DNA from: Psilocybe cubensis
Taxonomy: Eukaryota
Direction: 5' to 3'
Assembly: GCA_017499595.2 (NCBI GenBank)
Contig: CM039002.1
Span: 1,302,001 to 1,366,000, forward strand
DNA length: 64,000 nt
In this document: positions 14,948 to 29,246 of the stretch, in pieces
Position numbering within the stretch: the stretch's first letter is position 1
How the letters are laid out: each line of letters starts with the position of its first letter
The notes under the pieces: model-generated
Databases searched by the model: none
The model's input: only the letters and a program-made list of their open reading frames with translations
What the model was told of the DNA's origin: nothing
Translations under genes and position numbers: made by a program

Positions 14948-16340
14948 ATGGCCGGTGTGTATTGTATACCGTTTGAATAAATAGCTCTCATCATGCTCAC
15001 TTTCTGCCTACAGTGGACGGTCTTGAAGCAACTTCGTTTTCTGGATTTCTGCTCGCATACGATGTCATCTACGTCCTAGGATTGGTATCTCTAGGGGCGG
15101 TTTTTCTGACGGTTTGGTTTTCGGCAAGGGTCAAAAGGGCGTCAACGTGGATGATGGTCGTATTTTCGTGGATTGTCACTAGCTTGGGGAATTTGATATT
15201 GGTCGGGCAGCAGACGGGTCGTCCTCCAATGGCCGGGGCGTGTCTTCTTCAGGCGATGTTGATCCATGCTTTGCCAGTATTGTGAGCCCCCTTTTTTGCA
15301 CAATTGAGGGTTGTAACTTACGGACCCCAGCACTTCGTTTTATGTCACTGCGTTTATGCTACAGGTTTACATATCGATCCATCTTGCCCTGAAAAACAAT
15401 TCAACACTCACCAAATTGCAAATGACTCTGGTGTGTCCTGTCGTTTGTGGCTTGAATTTCTTCGTGCACACGAGTTTAATGCCTTTCAGCTTCATCTCGT
15501 CCCATGTGGTGCCTTCTTCTGTGTTCTACTCGAGATTATGATTGTGATTTAGATATTCTTTATTGTAAAGCTGCAAAGTCTGATTCTTCTTAGCTTGGAC
15601 TTATAAACCCCAATTCGGTGGAAAGACATCCTTTGGGCATGTATTGCCACTTAACGACCTCTGCCGCGTAAGGCTTAAAAACGTTATTTGATTGGATATG
15701 GCCCTTACATGCTACTTATAGGCCAAAGATCACTGCTGCTCTCACTATCATGGCATTAGCAATATTTATATGCATAGAGGGTAGTATTCTTACATCTTTG
15801 ATGTACGAAACGTCTATTTATGCATGGTATCCTCCAGGATTGATCGCATTTATGCTTTGGCGTCTTTGGAAGTCGACAGGGAGATTAAGTCCTTTGCGAA
15901 ACTCATATGACCACATCTCCTTCGACGTCGCCCTTCGTGTAGTAATATTTGGATTTTGTCCCATGGTCGCTATAGGGTATGGACTCGCTGAGATTTTAGT
16001 TTCCTGTGAGCTGAAATCCCAACCTGGCTTGACAGAGTATCATCTCTTCAGTATTTTCCGAGGACAAATATAGACACTATCACAAGCACTATAATCCAAG
16101 CTGTCCGTAAGTCATTCGGACCCATATAACCCAATTGCAAAAAGTCTGATTCTTTCATCTCCGTAACCCAGTGCCAGTTGTGGCAGGTTTGATATTCGGA
16201 ACTCAACGGGTACGTCAGATTTTCTAAATCTACTGTACCATTTTCCGATATTGAAATTTATGGCTTAGGACATTCTGCGTGTCTGGATGTTCTGGAGGAA
16301 AAATTCAGAGCCAACGAAAGCCAAATCTGATTTAGCGTAA
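14948..16340 (+). CDS. Multi-pass (about 7-TM) membrane protein, GPCR-like family typical of agarics
   Basis: Successive hydrophobic helices, an extracellular GQQTGRPP..CLLQA loop, a MYCH loop and a C-terminal FGTQR|DILRVWMFWRK. The start is a 7-nt coding exon ATGGCCG|GTGTGT. Confidence 0.7.
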
Positions 16341-16716
16341 TGCTATATCATACTTTACAAATTCATGAAGCAATCGTATTTATTTATTGATTTTTGCTTT
16401 CTGCTTTGCTGTATGTGGTGGACCTTTTGTCAGGCTCCCGTGTTTATGAATGAGCTTTGTCCACTTTTATATATATATCTAGTCCATGCACATGTGCAGA
16501 GCTCGAATCAAGATAATGATATCTCTCTTCTTCATGGGTACAGCCTCCATAAAGGCAATCACATTTGATATTGGTACTCAGCATAATCCAGTTTAAAAAT
16601 AAATATGTATGAGGTCGATGACTTCAATGACTCCGACCCAGACAAACGCCATCAAATGAGAAAAATGTTGACTAAGGCTTGGCGTGCCCTCTTAGATTTG
16701 TACATTTACTATCTAA

Positions 16717-19700
16717 ATGTACGAACAACGCCGCTCGAGTGTTGCACTCCCTGGCCTGCCACCCGGGGCTCAGCCGCCCGTAATCGGTCAAACAAGTTCC
16801 GCAGCCCATGCATTTCCGGCATCGACAGCTTATAACTTCGAAGTCACACCCCCTATGTCAGGTCAAGAGCCCTTGCCAAACCCCTGGGACGCACCTTTCA
16901 CATCGAATCGGCCACCGCAAATGTCTAGACCAACACGGCCGCGCGTGGTGTCCATGCAAGATACATACCCGACGCCGTTAGCTAGCCACGGCGCAGGACC
17001 TCGCATTGATACTGGTCAAAGGATCGCATTTCCCTTTCCTGACCCAAATTACTATCGGTCTACATCTTATCGGAATGAAATGCAGTCTGGCGAAAGACCA
17101 ACTCACCATCATAGTAACAGCGATCTTGCATCCCCTTCCAGTGCCTCGACGCTACAACCCCCACAACCATTACATCATCGGAACACTTCGGTCACTTCAT
17201 TTGCATCCTCCTTCAACGGATACAGTGAAGACGGTCATTTTGGTTCAGATTATCATGAAGTAGTTGATTTTTTTGCTTGCTATTCGACTGACCTGACAGT
17301 TGATTAGGCAGATTATCAAGAAGTCGATAACGATTCAGTACGCGCCTTGACCGATCAACAGTGAGCATAGCTAGTCATCCTTACTTATATCGTTGCGCAT
17401 TTTCAATGCAAGTGTTTCAGGCTAGCATCTGAAGAAGGTTTACGTCGCTTTCAAGCAGGAGAATTATCTGAAAAGGACCAAGAATGGCATCGCTTAGTCC
17501 CTGAGGAGGCCAGAGATGCTTTAGGGAAGCAAGAAGTTCAAAGGCAGTCAGTCATCTTTGAAGTTATCAAATCGGAAAGAGATTATGTCGCCGACCTCGA
17601 GGCAGTCGAAGCGGTTTGTTTTACAGCTTTCTTGCCGTCGTTCTAGTAGTAACTTACCTCCTTTGCAAAGGTTTATGTTGAAGGCTTGCGCATGGCGAAG
17701 CCTCCAATAATATCATCGTCCCGCTTGGGGATTTTTATCAATGAAGTGTTCCAAAATCTGCGAATTATCTTATCCTATCATCAACGTATTCTTGCTGCCC
17801 TTTTTGCACGGCAACGAGAGCAACATCCTCTGATCCAATCAGTAGCGGATATCATATTGGACAGTTAGTGTCTTTATGCAAGTTTTTCGCGTGCATCCAT
17901 TAACAGCCATTTTAGCTGCCCTTGGGGATGACTTCCGTTCAAACTACGAAACGTACATCAAGCAATACCCACTAGCTGAATCTCGCCATCGAAAACAAAT
18001 GAAATCTAACCGTGCATACGAGACGTTTATCCAATCTGTTTCGAATGACCCTAGAATACGCAAACGAGATCTGATCACTTTCCTATCGCGTCCTGTTACC
18101 AAACTTCCACGACTTAACCTACTTCTTGAACAACTTTTGAAATTAACTGACGCCGAATATGACCACCCTGATCTGCAAACGTTGCCAATTATTCTTGGAA
18201 TTTTAAAAGATTGTATCAAGAGCACCCAACCTGGAATTGAAGCTGCGGAGAGCAAGGTCAAATTCTGGGGTCTTTGCGAAAGTTTAGTGTTCCAAAAGGG
18301 TGAAATCATTGTGAGTGGTACTCCATCACCATAATTGGTTTCGGGCTAAATTCTTTTGTGCATGTTGTCGTCAGGATATGGATCTTTATGATGGAAGTCG
18401 CACTCTTGTATATCTAGGGCCTGTCATGCGTCGCAGCCGAACCGAGACAAGTTTTTCTGACAAATGGGTAGAGTTGACTGCTGCATTGCTTGACAATTAT
18501 TGTAGGTCAAGGTCATACACCAAAACACGCATATATGAACACTCTGCTTTTAGTTCTTCTTACTCGGGAAGAAAAGCGTGCTAATGGCACTGTTAGACGT
18601 TTGCTCATGTCAAGGGTTCGTTCACTTCATTCTTGGGTTGCTTGTTTTTTTTACGCAACTTCACGTATGCAGCCATTACCGCTTTCTTTCCTTCGGCTTG
18701 GAGCATTCAATACACCACCCGAGCCACGTCGCGAGAAAGCAGAGGACGGTGGCTTGTTGGATAGATATCGCAATGTCCCAATGTATCCGTTCACAATATA
18801 CCACGCTGCAAGTCGCTCTACGCGGCGGTATACCTTATATACTGCGAGTGATGCTTTGCGGAAGAAATGGTACAATTCGTTCGTTGATACAATCGGAGTG
18901 CACAAGGTCCGCCAGGAGGCGAATATGGTAAGCCTTTTGCTTGTCGACCAGTGACGCTTTATTCTGATTCCGATTTTTAGTGGTTCAATCCGCAAACCCT
19001 CACAGATGGATATTTTAGATCTGTGGGCAGGGATTTCACCCCGGTCAATGGAATGAACATCACGGGAAGAATACAATGCGCCGTTCCCTTTTGTAAATAT
19101 TGCCTATTGCTTATATGCTGTTTTTCTGACATTATGTCGTTTCCAGTTAATGGTTCTAGACGTTTTCTTGCAGTTGGGTGCGGCCCAGGAGTTTATGTTG
19201 CTCCTGTCAAGACAGAAAGTGAGCAGTATATTCCACTGAATAACGACTTGTAATTTCTCTAACCCTGTGAATACAAAGAATATCGTCTGGCCGTCTCTGT
19301 TAGGACACCAAACACCTTGGCTGCTTTCATCACGTGGGGTGACAAAATTTTCAACCGACTTGTCGTCCAAGTTGACTCTTCATTGACGTCTTACTCACTG
19401 GATATTCTTGCCCGCTTTGCTGATGGCCAAACGGATTCCACTGCCGTGGATGCCTCTAAGGAACGTATTGCCGGTAATGATTCACACATTGTCTTCTTCA
19501 GACACGTACACCTGGGAGGCAGGGCATTGTGTGAGGACAGCTGTTCCATTCGTATCTGACAATTTTTGACACCTTCCGCTCATTCTTAGTGATTTATTGT
19601 TCGAAACGAAGGCTAGCGTCATCAATGACTTTGCAAGTACTGGAAGCCCTAGATGTCAAGGACCTATCTATAGTTCCCCGAAGGTCTATTGCATCGAATA

Positions 19701-20530
19701 TGCATTGCTTTAGACCATATGGCGAAGTGAGCTTGATGATTCCGCCGTTATTAAACATTACATGAAGACTGATGTACGTCATTCTCAGCCGGGCTATATA
19801 CCCAAGGATGCGTATGACATTGTGGCTTTATCGAAAACAGTTGGAGTCTGCACAAATGATGGAATCGTTACATTAGATCCGACGAAGTAAGTTATCTCAA
19901 TGGTAGTACCTACCTTTCAATTTTAACATCAACTTTCTTCTATGAAGCATTGTTCAATCTGCTGTAAATATTATCCCAGACCTCAAGGACGGACTTACCA
20001 ATGAACCTATGGCGCTGCTGAAAGCACGTCTCGAAGGCAAACGACCACTAGGATTTGTGAAGGTTGACCAAAATGAATTATTAGTGATTTATGATGGTAA
20101 CAGCAAACACTATTCATCACTTGGAAAATGTGCTCATCTGTCCCCGTTCCTGTTAGAAATGGGGTGCTACATCAATAAACACGGTGTTCCTGTCCGTCGC
20201 AGTGGATTCATCAAATGGGAGATCAAAGCTGTATCATATGCCTATCGTAACGGGCATATTTTGCTTGTCTCTCCCGAGTTTATAGAGATACGAAATGCTG
20301 GCACAGGTCGGATAGTGCAGGTCATCGAAGGGCAGGACATCAGATTGCTTTATTCGGGACCATATTCCACGAAAGATGATCCAGTGCTTGTTGTAATGCG
20401 GGGAAAAAAGGACGACAAAGAAGGCGTCAGCGAACGAATTGCAGAACTGGTGCAGACAGAAGAAATTAGCGTGATGACGCCGGCAGTGACAACTCCATCG
20501 GCATCTGTGTGGGATGAATGGGACATGTAA
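16717..20530 (+). CDS. Rho guanine nucleotide exchange factor, DH-PH-CNH architecture (Rom1/Rom2-like)
   Basis: DH motifs RQSVIFEVIKSERDYVADL and FLSRPVTKLPRLNLLL, a PH-like region (YTLYTASDALRKKW) and a C-terminal CNH-like region (FIEIRNAGTGRIVQVIEG). Confidence 0.88.
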
Positions 20531-20744
20531 ATGCGCTCTGGACTGTTGTGGCTAGTTGAACGATTGTTGGAATTTTTATTGCATCTTTATGTTTCTCTGC
20601 GATATCTCTTAAAATATTGTATCCCTTGTAGATACCCATACATGTATCATTAACGAAATTAGTTACATAGACCTGTTAATCTCTACAACGTAATACAAAA
20701 CCGGATTTCCCTGTGGTTGCTTCTTCATTATCTCCATGAAAAAT

Positions 20745-22811
20745 TCAAGAACCTGCTGCCAGTGTGCGCCGCTCAATGAATCCTTTGATGTTCGAGTGTC
20801 CCTCCAATGTGCCAAAGAAACATCGCTTGACACTATTCTCCCATACCACTACATCAAGCTCCTTTGCATAGTTAAGAACAAACTCGTAGTCGGCTTGCGA
20901 CGCAAACGCGGTGTAGAGGTAACCTGTTGAAGTAAGCCATATTTGGTATAATTTATTAAACTCATAAAATGTAGTCGCTGACCTTCCCGAGATTTTAAAC
21001 GATTCCGTTCCAGCTCCCAGAGTCTAATCTGATCCTGTACAGTGACCGGAAGCAGAGGGTTCTGGATGAAAATTTTCCGTGAACAATTTGTCAAATGATA
21101 TGAGAAACAACACACATTTTTACGCATCTGAGGATGTGCATGGGCAGTCAAGTAGCTTATAATCTGGGAGACATCAATCCCAAGTCATGACATATGGGAG
21201 AGTCGACGTAAGCTTAACCAACCTGGTCAGCAGATATTCCATTCATCAAAGCCTTCTTCACGCTGTCTCGTGTAATAGAGCCCACGACGAGGTTTGGAAA
21301 ACGATATTTCAACGAAACGAAGAGATTGAGCACAGCAGTTTGCAATGGGTTGTCTACACATGCGTGTTTAAATGAGAATCGAAGATTATTGAGACAAAGA
21401 AATTACCAGTATATGCGTAAACACGGTAATTGGTCTCTAGAATGATGAAACCTTCCTGCGGACCAGAGCTTGTGCCCCTGGCTGTAGGAAGAGGCGGGGC
21501 TGACGATGTCAAGGTAGTCGAGAGTCGCGTAGGGCTAAAGCGCCTCGATGAAGGCTTGCAGACAGAATTGAATCTTTCATATTACTTAGATAGTTACTTC
21601 AACATACCTTCCTTTGCCAGATGAGGCCATAATCTCGCAGATCCTCCAGCATGGCCTTTTGTGTCCCACTCAGATTTTCAGTTGAGTATTCCTGAGGTAT
21701 TGTAATTTAGTCCAATGCTTGAGCAATACTCAGAAAGTCGTACCCTCCCCAACTCCATTGTCGATAGCATGAATATGAATCCAAGTACCTCAACGAGGTC
21801 CATTTGTCGCTCCTATACAGAATGATTAACCCAAAAGGATTTGACGCCTGCAACACCATGTACCTCCGCCAAATGTAGGTATTGAAGCAGTAAGTCCCAA
21901 AGTTGATCGTGAGGTGAGTGAAGCAAGAACTGGAATCCAGCGGACGTAATTTGAAGTAATGAAGAGCTTGAAGGGGTGATAATGAGAGGTGGACAAATGG
22001 AAAGAAAGTGGTAAACATACTGGGACAAAGCCATTAACCCACTTCGCTGTAGAAGAAAAAGAACGCCTTGAGACGGTCTTGTGGGTGATTGGCCAGTTCC
22101 TGAAGACACCATATAGTGTAGAATAGTCTATAAAGCGTTCCAAGTTCAATTAAAGACCGTAACAACAGAAAGGTCTTTAGATACCTCCCATCGTTCCAAG
22201 GCATATCCATCCAGGGCTTCAATATCAATGCCTTGTCTTTTATCATCCTTATCAGCTGGGACACCGAAACTCCCGCTGGATCCTCTATGAATGTTTTCAG
22301 CTGCGCCAAAACTCGAAGAAAATAGACAGAGCCTTACCCTCCAGTCATCGCTTGACGCAACCCGGACTTGAATGTTCCGTTCAGTGCCAACTTGGTGGAT
22401 GACTGTGGTATAATGTTCAACCGTCCGAGAGTAGCAAGGGCATCTTCATATAGCCTAGGAAGTTATAAACAATTGTTTACGACTCTCAGCAACAGCGATC
22501 GACCGTGTACTTTTTGCCTTCGCGGATGACCCACGCCGCCATAGTTGACGCCGCTATAGCAGACTCAAGCCATAGTAGGTTCATAATTATTTGTCGTTCT
22601 AACGGTGCAAGAAGCCTATATGCATCCGTCAGCCATTATATGGCTATATAACAAGATAGACGTACCGAAATATTGACAGACATGATGATGGCCTTTGGTA
22701 CAGCCTCGTCAAAGTGTTTTGTGATTGAGATTGTAGAAAGGGCAGCAACGCATGCGGGGTGGGAGTTGAGTCTCCGTTCTCTGAATATATGTACGGTTGT
22801 GTGGAAGGCAT
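20745..22811 (-). CDS. TFB2: TFIIH subunit Tfb2 (p52/GTF2H4)
   Basis: [75 protein letters not shown]. Confidence 0.93.
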
Positions 22812-23117
22812 TACACAGAATGTATAGCACGACTCTACGAGGCAAAAACAAATCTTTGGCAAGTTACTTATTTCCTAGTCACGGGAGAATAGAACCGATT
22901 CGTTTATGAAGCCTAACTCTATGGTTAGGGTTTACGAGCGCTAACAAGTTCGACGCATAACATATTTGCTTTGAAAAATAATCATTACCACAGTCTCAAT
23001 CGAATGATTTATTATAATTTAGAGATGGTGTGCATCACAACAATAAGATAGTTCGAAGGTTATATATCTAGGCACTGGCATTCGAATTTTTGTGTCCAAT
23101 CGTTTCCAAACATCCCA

Positions 23118-24607
23118 CTACTCGGTTTCCTCAGCTTCTGTGGTGAATACCATGCAATGTCCATCATCTCCCGCACTTACGACTACAGAACCATCTAATC
23201 CAAGCGACGCACCGAGAACTGGTGCCCTGTGTCCCGTGTGTGTTCGTAGAAGCTTGCCAGTTCTGGCATCCCAAGTGCGTAATGTTTTGTCGGCGGATCC
23301 AGAAACCAAAAGATATGATTTGGGAGCAGGATGGGCGAGAAGTGTTGTAATAGCGTCCTGATAACAAGCCATAAATGTTAAATTATGAATTCTCCGACAG
23401 TTTATGAACTGACCTCGTGTTGAAGGGTAGAGCGTAACCTCATTGTGCTAAGATCCCATATGCAGGCTTTACCATCCGTGGCTCCAGTTACAACCACTCC
23501 AGAACCAGAACCACCGGCTCCTGTGAGATCGATGAACACGATGGCTTCGATGCTTTCTCCTTCGGTATGACCACCCAATGTTGAGACAATCTCTCCTTTG
23601 CTCAAACTTACGACACGGACGCCACCAGCAGCACCGCCGACGACTGCCAGTGTTGAGGATGGGTTGACAGCTACAGACGTGATTCCGTCAAGGCTGAAGC
23701 GAGCATCGTCTGGGCCCAATTTGAATAGAGGTGTAGGAGATCGAGGATCCCAAAATATTAGGAAACCTTCTTGATCTGCTGAAATGATTCTTTTTCCTAA
23801 CTATGGGTAAGTATTTAGTAAGTTTGCAGGAGACTTAAGTCTTACCATCCGGCGTAAATTCACCACAGTTAACAGGACCCATGTGGCCTGCAAAAACTTG
23901 CATAGTATTTCCGGAGGGCACTAACGTAATGGTTATATGAAATAGACAGTATAGCTAATACTATGGTACTCACGTTGCCACAGCCAAAGCGTAGAGTCGT
24001 TTGAACCAGCAAGTAACACAGAGCCTTTGGGATGCCATCTCAAAAACTGCGATCTGATTGAGCTCGGTGCTAAACGTGAGTGTAAATTAACACATACCAT
24101 GACCTCATCAGGACCTTGTAGTTCTGTCAAAAATTCCCAAGTGTTATAGTTTTCTTTTCCGACCCTTCTCCAAATTCTGATCTTGCCGTCCATGCCTCCT
24201 GTGGCGATCATCTCGCCATCTGTGCTCCAGGCCGTGCTTGTTACACTATCTGTGTGTCCCGTCAATTTAACAAGAATTTCTCCATCAGTGATATCCCATA
24301 TATATCCCAAGTCGTCTTCTCCCCCAGAAGCAGCGATAGGTTGAGTGGGATGACAGGCCACGGCAAAAACGGACGCGTTGTGCGTTGAGAAATGCTGCAC
24401 AGATATATCTTCGACGTGACCTGATGATCCTTCAGCCAAGTCACCAACGGTGTCTGCTGCTTCGTCGTCGTCGTCGTCGTCGCCCATGGGGTGGTCACCG
24501 TCGTCCTCTATTTCCTCAAGGACATCATCTTCGGTGATGAACAGCTCTTCCTGATTGTTCTCGTCCTCGAGGTCGATATCTTCAGCACGGGCTTTTCCTG
24601 AGGCCAT
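23118..24607 (-). CDS. SQT1: WD40 ribosome assembly protein Sqt1 (AAMP-like, Rpl10 chaperone)
   Basis: Acidic N-terminus, then WD repeats ASGGEDDLGYIW, GHTDSV..ATGGMDGKIRIW and LRWHPKGSVLLAGSNDSTLWLWQ. Confidence 0.85.
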
Positions 24608-25070
24608 TTTGACGCTGGTATAGTATATGGGCTCTGGTTGACGTCCAAAGGTATTTTATAAAGTGGCTGCTCAGTGCTGAGTAAACGAATTGCTGACCTG
24701 ACTGTCAAGTATTTGCGAGCGAGCTGACGAAGGTGCGATAAAAAACTGCTAAATCGGGAATTGACTCATCCACGTGGTGGGCATCTCGGGTCGGCGGGTC
24801 CTAAAAAGTTCCCGAAGAGTCTGTTGGCGGCTGCGAAGACTCTGGGTCTCAGAGATGGATTTGTTCTCGGGCTCGGAGGTCTGTGCATCGTCGGTGTGAG
24901 ATCCAGTGCATTTCGCTGGGAAGAAATGCACGGCTAGCCATCAGTGTGCGTGTATAGACCCAAGGGTCATACCAATACCCGCCGAGCCGGGATGACCAAG
25001 CAAATTATAAGATGGAGGCTCCTCCACGTCAGTCCGTCTTCCACCACTTTCTTGTTTCTCGTTTTCCATT

Positions 25071-26874
25071 ATGTTGTTTTCTTTCTCTTTGGTCGTGACG
25101 GCCTTGGTCGCGAGTGTCAGCGCGTCGAATGTCGTTGAACTTGTTCCTGACACCTTTGACGGTGTCATTGGAAAGGGCACACCTGGTTTGGTCGAGTTGT
25201 GAGTTCTCGTGCTTTACCGTGTCAATAGTATGAAAGTAGACTAAAGACATTACTTCTAGCTTTGCTCCATGGTGGTATGTACATCTGTACACCATATTCC
25301 ATCGCTTTGAATACTTATAAATCCTTCTTTCAACATAGTGGGCACTGTAAAGTGAGCAATGACGGCACAGAAGTTTCGACATTGCTGACCAATTGTTTAG
25401 AACCTTGCTCCTGTGTATGAGCAACTTGCAGATGCCTTCGTACATGCCAAAGACAAGGTTATCATTGCAAAAGTTGATGCAGATGGCGAGGGAAAACCTC
25501 TTGGGAAGAAATATGAAGTAACTGGATACCCCAGTTCGTATGACATACTCTCCATCATCACTTACCGCTAATACAACTTCTCAGCTCTGTTATGGTTCGA
25601 CGGTGAGGGGAAGCACGAAAAGTACACTGAAGGCCGTGATCTGGATAGTTTGGCCAAATTGTAAGTCATTAACTAATGAATGGCAATCATCACTTATACG
25701 CATGCACTTGAACAGCATCACCAAAAAGGTTGGCGTCAAGTCAAAGATCCCTGCTCCTCCTCCTTCAGCTGTTGTTTCCTTGGACCTTCACAACTTCGAT
25801 GAAGTTGTCATGGTTAGTTCCTTTAACAACTGAAGTTATTGGGCACATTCATTCATTTATTATACCTATAGGATCCTTCAAAAAATGTTATCGTGACTTT
25901 CACTGTAAGCATGGATCATCAGGAGGTAGCCTTTTACTCATGGAATCGTCACTAGGCTCCCTGGTGCGGCCACTGCAAAAACCTTAAGCCCCATTACGAG
26001 AAAGGTAGGTTCGCTCTTTGTCTACACTTTCAATTTTAATAGTCATGTTTTCATAGTCGCTACTACGTTTGAGCCTGAGAGCGACGTAAGTTGGAACACT
26101 TCCCAGAATTACTATGCTTAACTGATCTTGGTTTTAGTGTGTCATTGCTAACATTAACGCCGATGACCAAAAGAACCGACAAATTAGCGAAAAATACGAA
26201 GTTACTGGATTCCCCACTATCTTGTTCTTTTCCAAGAGCGACAAAGAACCCGAGGATTATAATGGCGGACGTACAGAGGCTGATATTGTCTCTTTCTTGA
26301 ACGAGAAGTGCGGTACAAAACGTGCTGTCGGTGGTGGGCTGAACGACGAGGTGCGTTCATCGATCTAGTAGACGGATGCTTTCTGGATCGTGTTGTTGAC
26401 GATTATTGTTCCTTTCTTTGTCATTTTAGGCTGGACTTGTACCCGAATTTGACTCTTTGGCACACAAATTCTTCACCGCACAATCTAGCGCCCGCGATGC
26501 AATCTACAAAGAGGCGCTCAGCCTTGCCGCCACTACCGGAGCAGCATCTAAGCACTATCTCCGTGTAATGGAGAAGGTCGCTAATGGATCTGCTGAGTAC
26601 ATCGATAAGGAGACTAAGCGGTGAGTTTTTTCGGGTCTTCAAGCGTCTCGTAATAAGAAACATGGTTCTCGTACTCTTTTTCTGCTCTCTGGCTTGACTC
26701 GGTGTTTTGAATATGGCTGACCTTTTGTCGTGTATCAGATTGAGCGGAATCCTTGCGAAGCGCAACCTTGCACCCACCAAGCTGGACGAGATCAAGGTTA
26801 AGATCAACATCCTCAAGTCCTTCGTCGAAGACAGGGCTAAAGATACCATCGCACGAGAGGAGTCGGAGCTTTGA
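25071..26874 (+). CDS. Protein disulfide isomerase, ERp38/TigA type (two thioredoxin domains plus ERp29-like C-terminal domain)
   Basis: Signal peptide MLFSFSLVVTALVASVSA. Two WCGHC motifs, the first split across micro-exons. Helical C-domain HYLRVMEK..KLDEIKVKINILKSF. Ends ..REESEL*. Confidence 0.92.
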
Positions 26875-27493
26875 GTTTGTGCATGATACCACTATAATTA
26901 CCAGTAGTCAAGTGTATATAACATCCGAGCAATTGGCGACCAGCATATTTATGTCTTAATAACCGTGTTTGCCTTTTTTCGTGTCTTGTCAACATTTTTT
27001 GGCTGTCTAGGATGGGGGTGGGAGGTGTCGATAGTGATGATGTGATTTACCCTGAAATCTCCTTCCAGGCGATTGAAAATCGCGCGAATATTTGCCTCGT
27101 GTCGATGCAATCAGGCAAGAATGCCAACGACATGCATAGACTCGTGATCAACAAAATGCCTTGAGGCATCCAGGTCCGAGGTGAGCGTCGAATTTGTATG
27201 AGGCTCTAGCAAGTTCGCCGTTTAATTGATTCGCCTTTCGAAGACCTGTAGCCACTTCAAAGTGTGGCGTTTCTACAACATTCAGCTCCTCCACCATCAG
27301 ATAGGAGTATTCTCCCGTGTAGCCATTTGGCTGGTTGAGTCCAGATCCACATTTTCCTAGCGCTTGTGTGCTTGTGTGCAGTGGGCATATAAATACAAGG
27401 TGGGTGGGAAGTGGCATGGCGGATTTCATCCCTTCACTTCTACAACTTTTGGTACACACAGAACTCATTTCTACAGATTAAACACCATTGATA

Positions 27494-28675
27494 ATGGCAC
27501 ATTGGCCCCGCTTTGGCTCGTTATCTCGTCCGCGATGGAACCCAATAGTGGGACTGCAATCCAAACCGCTCAGACACCCAGATGAAGAGGAAGGGGTGCC
27601 CTTCATCCCTCCAAGTATCAGCTCCATGGATGACCTCGAAGAGGAAGAGGAAGAAGAAGAAAAGGAGCAGAGAAGGGCTGCGAGGCCAGCACCAGCGCCG
27701 AGCCTGCCCGAGGAGCCCGTGCAACAGAAGCTGATCAAGCTCAAGGCATATCGATTCAGACCGTCCAAGAATGCCTGGAAGCACGTGGTGACGAATGTAC
27801 ACCGCGATGACGAACATGCGGTGGACGAAAAGAAGGGCCCGTGTTCTCAGCTGAGGATTATCTCGTGGAATATAGACTTTGACTCGCCGCACAAGGAGGA
27901 GCGGCTCACGGCGGCTCTGCGGCATATCGAGGAAGATGTTCTGCAGTGCAAGGAAGATGAACCCCCGGAGCCATGCTGTATCCTCCTTCAAGAGGTCAAT
28001 CAATCGGTAATGCCATCTCTTTTGCGCGACGAGTGGGTTCGGAGATGGTTTGTGGTGACGCCGTACACGAAGGACAAATGGCCAGAGGACGCAGGCTATG
28101 GGAACGTGACTCTTATTTCGCGCTCTCTCAATCTTGTTGAGAGCCACATTCTGCACTACGGCTATTCGGTTATGAGTCGCACCGCGCTGTGCGTCAAGAT
28201 CAAGCTGAATGTTCCAGGGACACAGGAGAAGAGGGTCATTTCAATCGTAAACACACATCTAGAGTCGTTGCCGCAGGGAACACCATTCAGACCAAAGCAG
28301 TTGGAGATGTGTGCACGTTTTCTACGGTTGAACGGGGTGTATGGTGGTGTGATTGCAGGAGATATGAACAGTATTGCACCTGGCGACGCAGAGATTGGCA
28401 AGAGGTTGGGCCTCAAAGACAGTTGGCGTAAAGGTGACGACTCAGACGCTGGCAAGACTTGGGGGTTCCAGGGACAAAATCAAGGCAACTACCCGACTGC
28501 AAGATTAGACAAAGTATTTTACCTACCTGGAATGGGGTATAGGGTGGACCAGCCTAAATGTATTGGCGTCGGATTAAAAATCCTGGAGTCTTCAGACGAG
28601 GCGCTATGGGTTAGTGACCACTACGGGCTAGATACCACCCTGCGGATGTTGAAGCCAAGATCGAACTCATCGTAG
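27494..28675 (+). CDS. EEP-family phosphodiesterase, TDP2-like
   Basis: Single ORF with ISWNI, LLQEV, VNTHLES, AGDMN, RLDKV and SDHYGL motifs. First ATG at 27494. Confidence 0.85.
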   Translation: MAHWPRFGSLSRPRWNPIVGLQSKPLRHPDEEEGVPFIPPSISSMDDLEEEEEEEEKEQRRAARPAPAPSLPEEPVQQKLIKLKAYRFRPSKNAWKHVVTNVHRDDEHAVDEKKGPCSQLRIISWNIDFDSPHKEERLTAALRHIEEDVLQCKEDEPPEPCCILLQEVNQSVMPSLLRDEWVRRWFVVTPYTKDKWPEDAGYGNVTLISRSLNLVESHILHYGYSVMSRTALCVKIKLNVPGTQEKRVISIVNTHLESLPQGTPFRPKQLEMCARFLRLNGVYGGVIAGDMNSIAPGDAEIGKRLGLKDSWRKGDDSDAGKTWGFQGQNQGNYPTARLDKVFYLPGMGYRVDQPKCIGVGLKILESSDEALWVSDHYGLDTTLRMLKPRSNSS

Positions 28676-29246
28676 TTTTCTGTACCTTTTCTGTTGCAAA
28701 ATTTAGGTTGATCAAGGAAGAGAATGAAGAGAGGGCATTATAGTTTGGTTTCCGTGACTCTTTTAATTAATCATGATAGTGAGTCATTCTGACTCTACAA
28801 ATGCCAAGTTGGGCGACTCTGCTGTGCGGCCTAAAAATAACGCGTATGGGGGCAAGCTTGACCCTTTGCGCAGATTGTCATTTATCGGGCAAAAATGGCC
28901 ATCAAACGAGGCTATGTGAGACCGATGTGGTGATCTTAGAGATAGCACGGGGAGAATGTGGAAGCACAGTAGATATATTTCAGTTTCTGAAGACAGAAAA
29001 GCAAGGGCAGAGTCGAGTGCTCTCAAGCTACTGAAAGAGGGGTAGGTCAAGCCTCAAGAAGAGGACAAGAGGAAGGCTCTGTGGTGACGTTGATCTCGTG
29101 CTCGAATTGATCGGGGGTATTTTTTAGAGTGTTGACACATGTTTGTTTGGTTGTAGTTTGTGTACCGCGTAGTCATAAACTCACAGTCCAGGCTTCTTCT
29201 TGTTCTTCCACGTTTGCTGAATTGCCCCTCGTTGTCGCTCTTCACG

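Noticed and set aside
14789-14980. Signal-peptide-like small ORF upstream of the 7-TM gene
   Set aside because: It starts with TTG and overlaps the real first exon and intron of the 7-TM gene.
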